This document shows, piece after piece, positions 43,866 to 45,913 of a stretch of DNA of 45,913 bases. Source of the stretch: Macrostomum lignano. Lineage: Eukaryota. The position numbers were made by a program, and so were the translations under genes. Location: contig NIVC01002963.1 of assembly GCA_002269645.1 (NCBI GenBank), positions 1 to 45,913 of the forward strand. The letters are read 5' to 3'. Every line of letters begins with the position of its first letter. Position 1 is the stretch's first letter. The notes beneath the pieces are model-generated. The model was not told the origin of the DNA and did no database searches. It was given only the letters and a program-made list of their open reading frames with translations.

Positions 43866-44329
43866 GACTTGCGTGATACAGCTCATTTATTTTTCGATCG
43901 TGACTCTATTGCATGCATGGTTTTGTTTAACTTTTCTTCTACATGTGGCTGCATGCCAAACTCTTGCGCGCACTACTCAAGCAAGAAGACTCTAGTAGAA
44001 TGATCTGAATATTTGGATTGTATAGCTGGCTGGCTTCTGCGCGAGCAAATACGATTTTATTTTAACAGACTGTCGTGCATATAACTATAGCTCTGTGATT
44101 TGACTGATCGCACGCCTTTTGTCAGCCAAAGTTGATACATGTAGTTAGACCAAACCAAGGATCATACATGTATATAAACAAGATGGGACACTCACTAGCC
44201 ACTTAGCAGGTGGCTAATGTGAAAGCTAATGTGCAAAAATTTTGCAACTTGCATCAGCGCGAAAATCAACTACTACTGAATTCAATTTCGTCAGTAGTCT
44301 CTGCTAGCTGTTCATACAACATCAGACAA

Positions 44330-44678
44330 CAGAATACGCAGATAGCGTCACAGGGCGCGCCTAGATCGCAAATGATGCCACGCCGCCGGCCGAATTCGGG
44401 GCGCCAGCGTCAGCCAGCAGGCAGTCGACGAAACGCCGAGTGCGCGCCTGCCTCCGCCGGTAGGGTGCCTGCAGCGTTAGCAGCAGCACCTCCGGCACCG
44501 GCTCTGGGCAGTACGACTCGGCGCGGATGATGTGGCCTGCCAGCTGGATTCGCCGACGGCTCAGCAAGTCGCTTGGACGGACCAGGCCGGCGCGGCGATA
44601 CAAAGCCGCGTTGGTCACTCGCTCGTAGCCCATCTTGAAGGCGGCGCGCAGCAGGGCCAGCGTGCGCCGTGTCAATTG
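44330..44678 (-). mobile_element. Decayed RTE-type LINE, 3' end of ORF2
   Basis: LLRAAF...VTNAALYRRAGLVRPSDLLSRRRIQLAGHIIRAE, typical of the post-RT C-terminal region of RTE-clade elements. Confidence 0.8.
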
Positions 44679-45184
44679 ATAGGAATCCTAGGATTAGGAA
44701 CACATCCGAAACTAACTCTTATATTTTATTCCCTAAACATAAAGACACTCTAATAAGTTGCGAAATGCATGAAGTCATTTCGCAGCGTAAATCAGATCAA
44801 ATTTTATTTGCCCTGTTTAAAAATTTACTATTTAAATTGTGAATAGTAAGTAATGAACTTTTTTACATCATTCCTTTTTTATGTAACACTTTTTAGGTAA
44901 ATACACTTAAACTATTTTCACGTTTTGTTTTATTAATTCAGTAGGGGCATTCTACTAGTACCTAACCCCTAGGTATAAATTGGCACGGGCTAGCCCCTCA
45001 ATTTCCCCTGATGTATTTTTTTTCATTTCATACAACTTATGGGGTAAATTCGATTATTTCAATTCTATTTCGAGCCATCCTGGTCATAACTTTACACAAA
45101 TGATCGTTTCAAAGTGACCCCTTGAATGCCCCTAGGCCCTAGGGGTCCCTAGATTGCCACTAGCTAGGCCGTTTTCTAGTGGGA

Positions 45185-45690
45185 AATTGTTGCAGCGACT
45201 CCGTCAGCGTCGCAGGTCTCGGCGTTGTACAGCAGGACGGTCTCAATCACCGCCTAGAACAACGCCGCCCTCTGGCGATCAGGTAAGGCCTCGTCGGACT
45301 GGCAGGACTGCCCACACAGAACGAAAGGCAGCCCAGGCAAATACTTGCTTGGCGGACGCCAGGAACCAGACCGCCGAGGTAGACGAACTGCTGACAATGC
45401 GGAAGCTCTGTCGCCTGTCCAACAGCGCCTCGGCACGAAATCGCCAGCCTCGATGTCGTCCGGCACAGCAGAGCACGACGGTCTTCTGCGTTTTGACACC
45501 AGGCCGACACTCGCCGCAACAGCAACTAGCTTGTCCATTTGTCGCTGGGCGCCCTCTCGACGTTGAGGACGGCAGGGCGAGATCGCCAAAGCACGCTGAG
45601 CCGCCTCTCTCCGGTTGACGTCGACACCACCGCGTCGCCGCAACAGGAAATCCGTCTCGTCGTTGGTAGGAAAAAGAGCTGTCCATGCAG
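45185..45690 (-). mobile_element. Decayed RTE-type LINE, reverse-transcriptase C-terminal part, frameshifted and 5'-truncated
   Basis: Across frames: FGDLAL (degenerate YADDLAL), GAQRQMDKLVAVAASVGLV, KT, FVYLGG, VLLYNAET. Confidence 0.8.
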
Positions 45691-45913
45691 TAGCTTTTGC
45701 GATCTTAAATAATTAACTCATTAGTGCATGGGCATGTCAAGATACTGTGTACGAAAATTCCGTTCCACTGAGATACCTGATTGGAAGGCTTTCCCAATCG
45801 GATTATTTTTATATCTGCATGACGAAAAGAGCAAGGTCATTTCCCTATTGTCAGTGTTTGGCTTTTTGTTAATGGTAAAAAGCATTGTAATGGTGCTTGA
45901 AACAAAAAACATA

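Overview
Eukaryotic (invertebrate animal) genomic DNA: GC-rich exons, AT-rich spacers, and introns packed with locus-specific minisatellites. The overall style resembles the flatworm Macrostomum, but that is inference only. Gene models were built by hand from GT/GC-AG sites with exon phases checked. (1) VWA3B-like, minus strand, ATG 12647, 11 coding exons, running off the left edge. (2) An FKBP4/5-type immunophilin (2 FKBP domains + TPR; plus strand, 1743-4774) nested antisense inside one VWA3B intron, with several substituted PPIase active-site residues. (3) CTTNBP2/CTTNBP2NL-family coiled-coil gene (plus, 16987-19959, possibly extended through a GC donor). (4) A divergent RING-CH/MARCH-like membrane protein (plus, about 25439-28856; 5' end uncertain). 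(5) An orphan minus-strand ORF (30030-30581) and a candidate 50-aa secreted-peptide gene (34845-32458). (6) An NRAMP/SLC11 metal transporter (minus, 40394-35876) with a GC-AG intron. Mobile DNA: hAT MITEs with perfect 8-bp TSDs, a TA-flanked MITE, two tRNA-derived SINEs, a hAT-like element that has grown an internal minisatellite, and a decayed RTE-type LINE split by a later insertion. About 25 different tandem arrays are present. No CRISPR array, rRNA or true tRNA gene was found.
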